DNA of 64,000 nt from an uncultured Chloroflexia bacterium (GTDB lineage: Bacteria; Chloroflexota; Limnocylindria; Limnocylindrales; CSP1-4): assembly GCA_963699965.1 (NCBI GenBank), contig CAVOVX010000004.1, positions 452,944-516,943 of the forward strand. Direction: 5' to 3'. The notes beneath the pieces were generated by a model, which searched no databases, had not been told where the DNA came from, and saw nothing but the letters and a program-made list of their open reading frames with translations. The translations under genes and the position numbers were made by a program. Below, in pieces: positions 1 to 9,117 of this stretch. Numbering within the stretch: position 1 is the first letter of the stretch; every line of letters starts with the position of its first letter.

Positions 1-558
1 GGCCGGTCGGACGTGGATCGCCCGGGGATAGGGATGGACGAGGCCCGCGGCGGGATCGAGCAGCGCCAGCTCGTCCGACATCAGCTCGAGGCCACGCCGG
101 ACCAGCCCGAGGATCAGGGTCGACTTGCCCTGGCCGCTGCGTCCGGCGATCAGGATCACGCCAGAAGGCCCGGCGGCGGCGCCGGCATGGACGGCGAGCA
201 GGCCCTGGCGATGGAGGCCCTCGACGACGGTCCCGACCAGCGCCTCGAGGAGGGCGATCGTGCCGCCGGTCGGGTCGGCCAGGCGTCGTGCTTCGCCGGT
301 CGGGGCCTGGAGCAGGCAGGGCCCACCGGAGCGGAGATCGGTCAGGGCGAAGTCGGCCACGTCGGCCAGCGGGTCGTCGACCCGGAATGCCTCGTAGGTC
401 GCCTCGATGACGGCGAGCGCCTCGGGCATGTCCGACCGGACCCGGAGGCCGACGCCGTGGACGTCGAACGACAGGCCCGGGTCGAAGGAACGGTCGACGG
501 CCCGATGCGGGACATCCGCCGACCTGGCGGTCGCCACTGGTCCGAGGCTCGATCCCAT
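1..558 (-). CDS. HprK-related kinase-like P-loop protein, C-terminus lies beyond the window start
   Basis: Absent from the ORF track because no stop lies in the window. Reverse translation from ATG (558-556): MGSSLGPVATARSADV...GLLAVHAGAAAGPSGVILIAGRSGQGKSTLILGLVRRGLELMSDELALLDPAAGLVHPYPRAIHVRPA. GxSGxGKST P-loop followed by SDE, as in HPr-kinase C-terminal-type kinases. Track ORF 13..648(+) is its antisense shadow. Confidence 0.55.
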   Translation of the reverse strand, partial: MGSSLGPVATARSADVPHRAVDRSFDPGLSFDVHGVGLRVRSDMPEALAVIEATYEAFRVDDPLADVADFALTDLRSGGPCLLQAPTGEARRLADPTGGTIALLEALVGTVVEGLHRQGLLAVHAGAAAGPSGVILIAGRSGQGKSTLILGLVRRGLELMSDELALLDPAAGLVHPYPRAIHVRPA

Positions 559-731
559 CAGCTACTTGCGCCCCCGGTCGATCGCGCGCAGCCGGTGATG
601 ACAGGGGTCGGGCACGCGCACGCCGATCCCTCGCGGGTGATTGTGTGAGGACCGGTGACGTTCAGTCCATAGCCGTGGGTGCAAGGGTGGTGCGTGCGCG
701 CACCACCCTCCGGTGGCCGCTGGAGCGGTGC

Positions 732-1448
732 TCAGTCGGGCCGAGCGACCACCCGGTAGGTGCAGCAGCGGTCACCGGCGGCGATGTGCGAGATCCGGAC
801 CACGTCCGCCCCGAGGACTTCGCCGAACAGGTCGAGCTCGGCCTGGCACGCTCGTTCGTTCTCCTTGGCGACCTGGAAGATCGCGCAGTTGTGCTCCACG
901 AGGCGGATCGATCCGTCGGCCGTTACCTCGATCTGGGCGAGGTAGCCGAGCTCGTCCTGGATCGTGGCCAGCTCCTTGACTCGATCGGTCAGCGACGCGT
1001 CCGGTGTAAGGCGTTCGGCAAGGCGTTGACGCATCCGGCCGCTGGCCTGCCGTCTGCGGGCCGCGAACACCTCCTCGATGAGGTCGTCACCGCCGACGGC
1101 CTCGATGGCGGCCATGAGGCTCGCGGCGAGCCCGTCGTAGTTGCTCGGGAAGAAGGCCTGGGCCTCAGGGGTCACGTCGTACAGGTGACGCGGACGGCCC
1201 ACACCGTGGCGTTCCGTCCGGCGGACAACGAGCTGGGCGGTCTCGAGTGCGCGGAGCTGCTGGAGGACCCCCGTCCGGCTGGCGCCGAGCCTGGCCGCGA
1301 GTCGATCGGGCGACGAAGGACCGAGCTGGCGGAGCAGGACGACCAGGTCCCGTCGCAAGGTCGGGGACGAGTGGTGGCCGTTCGACCCGGGCTCGCCTTC
1401 GAGGTGTCCCATGACGGAGGTCTCGTCTGGGCGCTCGGTTGCCGGCAT
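732..1448 (-). CDS. winged-helix transcriptional regulator (ArsR-like HTH with Cys-rich C-terminal domain, COG2345-like)
   Basis: Track ORF 732..1448. wHTH segment LLRQLGPSSPDRLAARLGASRTGVLQQLRALETAQLVVRR. C-terminal cysteines HNCAIF...ERACQAE...GDRCCTY. Alternative ATG at 1412. Divergent from an acyl-CoA dehydrogenase. Confidence 0.7.
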   Translation of the reverse strand: MPATERPDETSVMGHLEGEPGSNGHHSSPTLRRDLVVLLRQLGPSSPDRLAARLGASRTGVLQQLRALETAQLVVRRTERHGVGRPRHLYDVTPEAQAFFPSNYDGLAASLMAAIEAVGGDDLIEEVFAARRRQASGRMRQRLAERLTPDASLTDRVKELATIQDELGYLAQIEVTADGSIRLVEHNCAIFQVAKENERACQAELDLFGEVLGADVVRISHIAAGDRCCTYRVVARPD

Positions 1449-1525
1449 CGCATCAGGCTAGCACCGTGCTCGTGCGTGCGCTCTCGTCGCCGGCTGGTGC
1501 GGCCCGCCGATGTAGGCTGGCGACG

Positions 1526-2692
1526 ATGGATCTCGACCTCGCTCCCGAGCACGTCCTCCTCCGGGAGACGGTCCGCGAGTTCATGGTCACCGAAGTCGCC
1601 CCGCTCGTCGACGAGCACGAGCGGGCTCGCGCGTTCCCAGTCGACGTCGTCCGCCGCGTCGGCGAGATGGGCTGGCTGGGGATCCCGATCCCCGAGGACG
1701 AAGGTGGGGCTGGGCTCGACACGCTCGCCTACGCGATCGCGATCGAGGAGATCGGCCGGGTATGGGGCTCGCTCGGGTTGATCGTCGCGGCCCACACGAG
1801 CCTCGGCTGTGGCCCGCTCCACCTCGCGGGGACCGCGGACCAGAAGGCACGCTACCTCGTCCCGATGGCGTCCGGCACGGTGATCGGCGGCTACGGACTG
1901 ACCGAGCCGGAGGCGGGCTCGGATGCCGGCGGCACCCGGACCGTCGCCCGGCACGAGGACGGGCCGGATGGAGGAAGCTGGCTGATCGACGGCGGCAAGC
2001 GGTTCATCACGAACGCCGGGCAGGCCGGGACGTACATCGTTACCGCCCGGACCGGGACGACCGGGTCGAACGAGCCGGAGATCTCGGCGTTCATCGTGAC
2101 GGCCGACATGCCTGGCTTCAGCGTGGGACGGCTCGAGGAGAAGATGGGCCTCCACGCCTCGGCGACCGGCGAGCTCCTGTTCGATGGCGTTCGCGTCCCG
2201 GCCACGAACATGCTCGGCGAGCGCGGGACCGGCTTCCGGACGTTCCTTCGGATCCTCGACGGCGGGCGGATCGCCATCGGCGCCCTGGCGGTCGGGCTCG
2301 CCCAGGCCGCCCTCGACGCCGCAGTCCCGTACGCCCAGACGCGGGAGCAGTTCGGGCGGCCGATCGGGACCTTCCAGGGCGTCGCGTTCATGATCGCGGA
2401 CATGGCCACGGAGATCGAGGCTGCCCGGGCGATGGTCTGGCGGGCGGCCTGGCTCAAGGACCACGACCGCGACTACGCCCTGGTCGCGGCCCAGGCGAAG
2501 CTGTTCGCGTCGGAGGTCAGCTCGCGGGTGACGAACGCCGCGATCCAGGTGCACGGCGGGTACGGCTATGTCGAGGAGTACAAGGTCGAGCGCTATCTGC
2601 GCGACGCCAAGCTGACCGAGATCGGCGAAGGCACCAGCCAGATCCAGCGCCTCGTCATCGCCCGGAAGATCCTCGGGCTCCGGGTCGTCTGA
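1526..2692 (+). CDS. acyl-CoA dehydrogenase
   Basis: Inside track ORF 1439..2692. ATG 1526 gives MDLDLAPEHVLLRETVREF. GYGLTEPEAGSDAGG and C-terminal RDAKLTEIGEGTSQIQRLVIAR are ACAD hallmarks. Intact. Confidence 0.9.
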   Translation: MDLDLAPEHVLLRETVREFMVTEVAPLVDEHERARAFPVDVVRRVGEMGWLGIPIPEDEGGAGLDTLAYAIAIEEIGRVWGSLGLIVAAHTSLGCGPLHLAGTADQKARYLVPMASGTVIGGYGLTEPEAGSDAGGTRTVARHEDGPDGGSWLIDGGKRFITNAGQAGTYIVTARTGTTGSNEPEISAFIVTADMPGFSVGRLEEKMGLHASATGELLFDGVRVPATNMLGERGTGFRTFLRILDGGRIAIGALAVGLAQAALDAAVPYAQTREQFGRPIGTFQGVAFMIADMATEIEAARAMVWRAAWLKDHDRDYALVAAQAKLFASEVSSRVTNAAIQVHGGYGYVEEYKVERYLRDAKLTEIGEGTSQIQRLVIARKILGLRVV

Positions 2693-2704
2693 CCCGGACC
2701 GCCG

Positions 2705-3409
2705 TCAATCCGCCTGGTAGAGGCGAACCACGAGCCGGTACCGGTCGTTCGCCCCAACGCAGGTCTGGAGCGTCATCGACGGCCTCGACTGGGCGGCGTA
2801 GGCGAAGTCGCCGTTCGTCGGCAGGACCACCTTCCACCAGGCGACCCTGTAGCGATGGACCGTCCGGTTCGCGTCGGCATAGGTCACCGTCAGCCCGCGC
2901 CGAAGGTCGCCCCGCACGTACAGGTCGTGGAGCCGTCCGAACGGGCCGCCGGCGTGGGCGAAGAGGTAGACGTTGTTGTGCCCGGCGCAACCCCAGCGGT
3001 AGATCGCCATGTCCGGCGGGCGCGAGCGCGAGCACGGAAACGCCGCGACGGACCGGTTGAGCCCAAGGGCCGCGCTCCAGACGTGGTTCGCGCCGGAGTA
3101 CGCCGGGGGAGCCGCTGCCGCCCTGGGCGGAGCCGGCTTGGGCTGTTCTGGCCTGGCCACGGCGATCGCCGTCGCCGACGTCGGGCCGGACTCGACGGCG
3201 CCGTCGAGTCCGGCCTGGGCGCCAGGGCCGACGACGATGAGCTGCTCCGCCCGCAGGCCGGGCGACACCGAGAACGTCGCCAGGCCCGCTCCGGCCGCGG
3301 CGACCACCGCTCGGGCCGCAGCCGGAGTCGATCCGATGGCCAGCGCGAGGATGGTGACGACGACGAGGCTCCCGACGAGTCGCCGCGAGCGCGCGAGATG
3401 TCGATCCAT
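2705..3409 (-). CDS. sortase-family transpeptidase-like protein (class E/F-like)
   Basis: Track ORF 2705..3409. N-terminal TM segment LVGSLVVVTILALAIG. His in YLFAHAGGPF. Catalytic-type motif SMTLQTC (TLxTC) followed by RYRLVVRL (Arg). Confidence 0.6.
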   Translation of the reverse strand: MDRHLARSRRLVGSLVVVTILALAIGSTPAAARAVVAAAGAGLATFSVSPGLRAEQLIVVGPGAQAGLDGAVESGPTSATAIAVARPEQPKPAPPRAAAAPPAYSGANHVWSAALGLNRSVAAFPCSRSRPPDMAIYRWGCAGHNNVYLFAHAGGPFGRLHDLYVRGDLRRGLTVTYADANRTVHRYRVAWWKVVLPTNGDFAYAAQSRPSMTLQTCVGANDRYRLVVRLYQAD

Positions 3410-3526
3410 GCCCGGATCGTGGCCGGATCAGCCGTGCCTGGCCCTCACCCGGTGGTCCCGGTCGTGGGTCGGAATCAGGGCTGGTCGGACGTCGCCCCGA
3501 GGACGACGACACGTGGCCCGGTCCGG

Positions 3527-4000
3527 TCAGTCACCGCTGCCGGCGGCGGCGGTGAACGCCTTCTCCAGGGCAGCCGAGAAGCCGTCGGCCCACGGACCCT
3601 GGCCCGACACGACGAACGGCGAGACGGCCAGGGACTCGTACGTGCTGGCATCGGTCACGTACGACTTCGCGCAGGTCGCGACCGACCCGGCGAGGCGCTG
3701 CCACGCGTCGCGGTTGCGGAAGATGTAGACGCGGGCGCGGACGGGCTGGACCTGGTCGAGCCCGCTCGCGTCGAAGGCGATCGCGGTCGGAGCCAGGGTC
3801 GGATCCGGGCAGCCTGCGTCGCCCGAGACGACGTTGCGGACCGTGATCCCGGCCTGGGTCAGGTGCTCGACGATCCCCGCGAAGTCGGCCGGGGTGGGCG
3901 ATGGAGCGACCGCGGCGCGCCCGCAGCCGGAGACGATCAGGCAGCCGATCGCGGCCAGGACGGCGAGCACGGGCAGACGAGACGCTCGGTGAAGGGCCAC
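3527..4000 (-). CDS. lipoprotein, unknown function
   Basis: Track ORF 3527..4000. Signal peptide plus lipobox LAAIGCLIVSGCG. Composition typical of real coding. Upstream and co-oriented with the sortase-like gene. Confidence 0.6.
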   Translation of the reverse strand: MALHRASRLPVLAVLAAIGCLIVSGCGRAAVAPSPTPADFAGIVEHLTQAGITVRNVVSGDAGCPDPTLAPTAIAFDASGLDQVQPVRARVYIFRNRDAWQRLAGSVATCAKSYVTDASTYESLAVSPFVVSGQGPWADGFSAALEKAFTAAAGSGD

Positions 4001-4170
4001 GGCCTGAGGCTAGCATCGGTCTGCGGGCTGCGCCCGCGCGGGACGGCCTCGGACGTCGGTCGCTCCGGGTCCGCGCCCCGATCGACGATCCACTCCGCGA
4101 TCCGGCAATCGCCGTGGCTGCCCGGCTGTCGTACGATTGCGGCCCCGTCGACGTGGACCCGAGGAGGACC

Positions 4171-5508
4171 GTGCCCGAGATCCGCCCGTTCCGCGGCCTT
4201 CGCTTCGAGCCCGACGTGGTCGGCGACCTCGGCGCCGTGGTCAGCCCACCGTACGACGTGATCTCGCCCGCCCAGCAGCAGGCGCTGCTGGCGCGTGACC
4301 CCCGCAACGTCGTCCGGCTCGACCTCCCGGCCGAGGAGCTCGGCGATGGCCCGGACGATCGCTATCGACGGGCCGCCCGGACGTTCGCGGCGTGGCGCTC
4401 CGATGGCTCGTTCCGGAAGGATCCGCGACCGAGCCTGTACGTCTACGAGCAGGTCTACCGGGTGCCTGGGACCGATGGCGAGCGGACCCAGCGGGGCTTC
4501 TTCGGCCGTCTCCGGCTCGAGGCCTTCGGAGCCGGCAGCGGAGTCCTGCCCCACGAGCGCACGATGTCCGGCCCGAAGGAGGATCGCTACAAGCTGCTCC
4601 GGGCGACGGGGGCGAACTTCAGCCCGGTCGTCGGGCTGTACCAGGATCGGACCAGGGAGTCGGCGACGATCCTGGCCGAGGTCACCGCTGGGCCGCCGGC
4701 GATCGACCTCGTCGACGACGATGGCACGACCCACCGGCTGTGGGTGCTGGCGACTGCCGCTCCCGACGAAGGACCTGATGACGGACCGGCGACCCGCCTG
4801 GCCGCGGCTGCCGGGCGCGGGCCGATCACGATCGCCGATGGCCACCATCGCTACGAGACCGCCCTGCGCTACCGCGACGAACGCCGGATGAGTCGGGCCT
4901 GCGAGGAGGACCCCGCGTTCGACTACGTCCTCATGCTGTTCCTCGAGACCACCGCCGGGCAGCTGACGGTCCTGCCGACCCACCGCGTCGTTCGCGGGCT
5001 TGGCGGAGACGGGATCGCGACGATCTGGGCGAATCTCGGGGCGCTCTTCGAGGTCGAGCGGACGGAAGGCTCGGCCGATCTCGAGGCCGCCTTCGGGCCG
5101 GCCGGCCTGGCCCTGGGCGGGCGCGGTCGGTTCGGGCTCTGGACCCGCTCCAGCGGCGCGCTGCTGACCGCTCGGCGCGAGGCCTTCGAGCCCCTGGTCC
5201 CGGCCGGTGGCGAGGCGCTTCGGCGGCTGGATGTGACCCTGCTCCAGGTGACACTCGAGCGGCTGGCCGGAATCGATCCGGCCGCGACGGCAGCCGGTGG
5301 GCGAGTCGCCTACACGAAGTCGGCGGCCGAGGCGATCGACTGGGTCGATCGAGCCGTGGACGGTGCCGACGCCGCGTTTCTTCTCGAGCCGACCCCCGTC
5401 GACGACATCGCCGCCGTCGCCGGCGCGGGCGACGTGATGCCCCAGAAGTCGACCTACTTCTTTCCCAAGCCGGTGACCGGCCTGGTCATCAACCCCCACG
5501 AATGGTAG
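4171..5508 (+). CDS. DUF1015 domain-containing protein
   Basis: GTG 4171 preceded by GAGGAGG (4161-4167), in frame with track ORF 3901..5508. VPEIRPFRGLRF, VVSPPYDVIS, ADGHHRYETAL and MPQKSTYFFPKP are DUF1015 signatures. Confidence 0.8.
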   Translation: MPEIRPFRGLRFEPDVVGDLGAVVSPPYDVISPAQQQALLARDPRNVVRLDLPAEELGDGPDDRYRRAARTFAAWRSDGSFRKDPRPSLYVYEQVYRVPGTDGERTQRGFFGRLRLEAFGAGSGVLPHERTMSGPKEDRYKLLRATGANFSPVVGLYQDRTRESATILAEVTAGPPAIDLVDDDGTTHRLWVLATAAPDEGPDDGPATRLAAAAGRGPITIADGHHRYETALRYRDERRMSRACEEDPAFDYVLMLFLETTAGQLTVLPTHRVVRGLGGDGIATIWANLGALFEVERTEGSADLEAAFGPAGLALGGRGRFGLWTRSSGALLTARREAFEPLVPAGGEALRRLDVTLLQVTLERLAGIDPAATAAGGRVAYTKSAAEAIDWVDRAVDGADAAFLLEPTPVDDIAAVAGAGDVMPQKSTYFFPKPVTGLVINPHEW

Positions 5509-5566
5509 GACCGGTGCCGGCCGCCGGCCGCGAACGGCCCAGCCCGACCAGGAACCGAGGTGTAGC

Positions 5567-6488
5567 ATGCCCGAGGTGATTCCGGACGCCATTCCGGGTT
5601 CGAGCGGAGAGGCGGATTCCCCCCTCCGCCTCTCCGCTCGACCGACGCCCGTGGCCCCGCCTCCCGGTCGGCCCGTCCGCAAGGACGAGATCGAGCTCGT
5701 CGAGCGCGGCCTGTACATCGAGTCGTGGCTGCCGGAACGCCGATCGCGCCGCCGGCCGCTCCTCTTCCTCCACGGCGAGCTCGCCGGGTCCTGGGTCTGG
5801 GAGCGCTACCTCGGCTATTTCGCCGGTCGCGGCTGGGAGGGCCACGCGCTCAACCTGCGCAACCACTTCTGGTCGCAGACCGCCGATCCGGCGACGCTGT
5901 CGTTCGATACCTACACGGATGACGTGGTCGCGGCGATCGAGCGTTTCGGTCCGGGCGTGGTCGTGATCGGCCACGGGATGGGCGGCCTGCTCGCGCTGAA
6001 GGCGGCCGAGCGCCACGAGATCGGCGGCCTCGTCCTGCTGTCGGCCGAGCTGCCACGCGACCTTCGACCGCCGGTCCGCCAGCACGAGCTGCGCGAGATC
6101 CCGGAGGCCTACGGCAAGGCGCTGATCGGCTGGGAGACGCTGCCCGAGAAGCTCCAGCGGGACCGGCGCGACCTGACCCTGGCCGACGTCCTGCGGATCC
6201 ATCACCTGCTCGGCCAGAAGCCGAACGAGGCGGGGGCCGCCAGGCGCCAGATGCTGGCCGGGGTCCCGGTCGACCGGCGGGCGGTCGCCGACGTCCCCAA
6301 GCTCGTCATCGGGGCCGGCCTCGACCGACAGGTCCCGGAGCCCGACAGCGAGCGGCTGGCCGACTGGCTCGAACGCGCCGTACGAGCCGTTCGGAGCCCA
6401 TTCGCACTACGGCCTCGTCGTTGGTGAGGCGAGCTTCCTGCAGGTTGCCGAGGCCGTCCGGGCCTTCCTGGAGACGAACCGGCTGTAG
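5567..6488 (+). pseudogene. alpha/beta hydrolase with one frame change near 6374
   Basis: Track ORF 5567..6427: PLLFLHGELAGSWVW, nucleophile elbow VIGHGMGGLLAL. After ...SERLADWLE the natural C-terminus APYEPFGAHSHYGLVVGEASFLQVAEAVRAFLETNRL* continues in another frame to TAG 6486-6488. Confidence 0.7.
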
Positions 6489-6592
6489 CCGTTCGCGAGC
6501 TCGGGCGGGCCGGTCCGCGGTTTGCCCGGACCGAGCGGTCGCTGGTATCATCCCGGCCGGTCCGGCGCTCGCCGCCGGCCCGCGATCGCGGC

Positions 6593-6669
6593 GCCGCATT
6601 CGTCTAGAGGCCCAGGACACCGCCCTCTCAAGGCGGAGATCACCGGTTCGAATCCGGTATGCGGTACCA
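6593..6669 (+). tRNA. tRNA-Glu(CUC): tRNA-Glu (anticodon CUC), CCA encoded
   Basis: Hand-folded cloverleaf. Acceptor GCCGCAT/ATGCGGT, D arm GTCT..GGAC. Anticodon stem CCGCC/GGCGG with loop CTCTCAA (CTC at 6627-6629). T arm ACCGG-TTCGAAT-CCGGT, discriminator A, CCA 6667-6669. Confidence 0.9.
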
Positions 6670-6715
6670 ACGGCCCGACCCGACCCCCGGCCGCGCCGGG
6701 CCAGCGCGAGGCCCA

Positions 6716-7799
6716 ATGCGTCCGTCGCCCGACCGTCGGCTCGTCATCCTCGACCGAGGGCCAGTTCGGGGCGCACAACGGCAAGACCGCGCTCGGGGTG
6801 ATGCGCTACGGAAGCGACACGGTCGTCGCCCTGCTCGACTCGACGATCGCCGGCCGGCAGCGTCTCGCGACGAGCCGGCGACGATCCGCGCTTCGACATC
6901 CCGGCGGTGGCCACCCTGGACGAGGCGCTCGCCCTAGCGCCCGACCGCTCTCCTCATCGGGATCGCACCGACCGGCGGTCGGCTGCCCGGCGGACTGGCG
7001 GTCGACGATCGTGGCGGCCCTTCGAGCCGGCCTCGACGTGCTCAGCGGCCTGCACACGTTCGTCGGCGATGATCCGGAGTTCGCCGCCGCGGCCGCCTCG
7101 TCCGGGGCCCGGATCGTCGACTACCGACGTCCGCCGGAGCGAATGGAGACCGCCGTCGGCCGGCGACACGGCCCCGGCAAGCACGTCATACTGACGGTCG
7201 GGACCGACTGCGCGATCGGCAAGATGTCGCGTCGCCCTCGAGCTTCGACGGGCCGCCGCCGAAGCGGGCCTGCCGAGCGTCTTCGTTCCGACCGGCCAGA
7301 CCGGGATGATGATCGAGGGCTGGGGCGTGGCGGTTGACCGGCTGGTGGCGGACTTCCTGCAAGGTACGACCGAATGGCTCGTCGAGCAGGGCGAGCAGCT
7401 CGGCGACTGGATCTTCGTCGAGGGCCAGGGATCGCTCGACCACCCGGCCTACTCGAGCGTGACCCTCGGCCTGATCCACGGCGCGACGCCGGAGGCGATG
7501 GTCCTCGTCCACAAGCCGGGCCTCGCCGGCCACGACTTCGACCACCTGCCGGATCGGACATTCCCACTCGCCCCGTTGCCGGAGTTCATCCGGCTCCACG
7601 AGCAGGTCGCCGGGCTGGTCGCCCCGTCACGCGTCGTCGCGGTGGCTCTCAACACGTCGCTCTCCCGGACGAACCCGCGGCGCGGCGGGCGATCGCCGAG
7701 ACGGCCGAGCTGACCGGCCTGCCGACCGACGATCCGTACCGTTTCGGCGGCCGACACCTGTTCGAGGAGCTCCGCTCTGCGCTGGAGGCTCGGCCGTGA
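6716..7799 (+). pseudogene. DUF1611 family protein (DgcN-like N-acyltransferase family), at least five frame changes
   Basis: Homologous segments jump between frames. MRPSPDRRLVIL (frame of 6659..6937). TEGQFGAHNGKTALGVMRYGSDTVVALLDSTIAGR and RSTIVAALRAGLDVLSGLHTFVGDDPEF...ILTVGTDCAIGKMS (6522..7337). VATLDEALALAPDR (6907..7194). GMMIEGWGVAVDRLVADF...EGQGSLDHPAYSSVTLGLIHG (7306..7713). PDEPAARRAIAETAELTGLPTDDPYRFG (7374..7799). Confidence 0.75.
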
Positions 7800-8886
7800 A
7801 GCTGACCCTGACGCCACGAGGTCCACAGGATCCCGTTCCGTGACCCGTTCCGGATCGCCCGAGCGCTCGACCCGGCCGAGACCGGCGGCATGACCTCGGT
7901 GATCGTCGAGCTGAAGTCGGACGGTCGCCCCCGGGATCGAGGCGGTCGGTGAAGGCTATCCCGATGCCTTCTACGGGGAGACCGAGGCGACGATGGCGGC
8001 CGTCCTGCCGCGCCTGCTCGCGGCGGTCGAGCCCCTCGAGGACCGGTTGGCCGGTTCGGCGACCAGCCTGTCCGAGGCACGAGCGGCGCTGGACGACGCC
8101 GGCGCGGCGATGGCCGCCGCGATCGCCCATCACGGGGCCGCCAAGTGCGCCCTCGACATCGCCCTCCACGATCTCGTCGGGAAGCGCCTCGGGCATCCCC
8201 GTCTACGAGGTGCTCGGCCTGTCGCGCCGACATCCCGCCGACCGACTTCACGATCGGGATCGACCGACCCTCGCTCGTCGCCGAGCGAGCGGCCCGGGCG
8301 GCCCATTTCCCGGCGCTCAAGATCAAGGTGGGCGGTCCGGACGACGTCGAGACCCTGGCCGCGGTCCGGGCCGCCTACGACGGCCCGATCCGGGTCGACG
8401 CGAACACCGGCTGGACGCTCGAGGACGCGAGGGGGATGCTGCCCGGCCCTCGTCGAGCTACGGGGTTGAGCTCATCGAGCAGCCGTTCCCGGCCCGCCGG
8501 CTCGACGACCTCGCGGCCCTCCAGGCCGAGTCGCCGCTGCCGATCGTGGCCGACGAGAGCGCGGTGACGATCGATGACCTCGACGGGCTCGTCGGGGTCG
8601 TTGCCGGGGTCAATGTGAAGCTGGCCAAGTGCGGCGGCGTCGGTCCGGCCGCCCGGATGCTCGGCCCGCGCCCGCGAGCTCGGCTTCCGGACGTTCCTCG
8701 GCTGCATGGAGGAGACGTCGGTCGGGATCGCCGCATCGGCGGCCGTCGCGGTCGCTCGCGGAATGGGTCGATCTCGACGGCAACCTGCTCCTCGCCGCGG
8801 ACCCGTTCGAGGGCCTCGAGCTCGGCGCCGACTGCCGCTGGCGGCTGTCCGACCGGCCCGGCCTCGGGGTGAGCCGGCGAGCCTGA
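7796..8886 (+). pseudogene. enolase-superfamily dipeptide / N-acyl-amino-acid epimerase (DgcA-like), at least six frame changes
   Basis: GTG 7796 overlaps the upstream stop (GTGA). Segments in three frames: EVHRIPFRDPFRIARAL..MTSVIVELKSDG; APGIEAVGEGYPDAFYGETEATMAAVLPRL...AKCALDIALHDLVGKRLG; DIPPTDFTIGIDRP..ALKIKVGGPDDVE..IRVDANTGW; GVELIEQPFPARRLDDLAALQAESPLPIVADES..GVNVKLAKCGGV; AEWVDLDGNLLLAADPF. Confidence 0.75.
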
Positions 8887-8924
8887 GCCGCGCGGTCCCG
8901 CCCGGTTCGTCGAACGCCCGTTCG

Positions 8925-8961
8925 TGTGGATAAGTTGGTGGACGAGATGGTGGACAAACCC
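8925..8961 (+). repeat. three phased 12-nt direct repeats containing DnaA-box-like 9-mers
   Basis: tGTGGATAAGTT gGTGGACGAGAT gGTGGACAAACC, with GTGGA at 8926, 8938 and 8950. 8925-8933 TGTGGATAA is the reverse complement of TTATCCACA. 8949-8957 is the reverse complement of TTGTCCACC. Lies in a gene-free, lower-GC stretch upstream of the 9118 gene. Confidence 0.6.
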
Positions 8962-9117
8962 CCTACCGTCATCGGGCGGCGGCTCCTAACATGGCAGTCC
9001 TACGGCGTCGGACCCTCCGGGAGAAGGGTCGCCGGGACCCCGTTACATCGCGGTCGGACCGCCCGCTTCCGCGGTCGAGCGCGCCCTGGAGCTCTGGAGA
9101 GGAGGGGAACATATCGC

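Noticed and set aside
3937-5718. 593-aa minus-strand ORF
   Set aside because: Antisense to the DUF1015 gene, which has clear family motifs. The translation is low-complexity Arg/Pro/Gly.
8925-8961. Chromosomal replication origin
   Set aside because: Only three boxes are present. There is no AT-rich unwinding element and no dnaA, dnaN, rpmH or parAB in the window. A regulatory or titration site is more plausible, so it is reported as a finding at moderate interest.
8926-9117. N-terminal extension of the 9118 protein starting at GTG 8926 as in the ORF track
   Set aside because: The extension translates the DNA repeats (VDKL VDEM VDK) followed by Arg/Gly-rich sequence. The ATG at 9118 has a strong GGAGAGGAGGGG ribosome-binding site, and protein-like sequence begins there.
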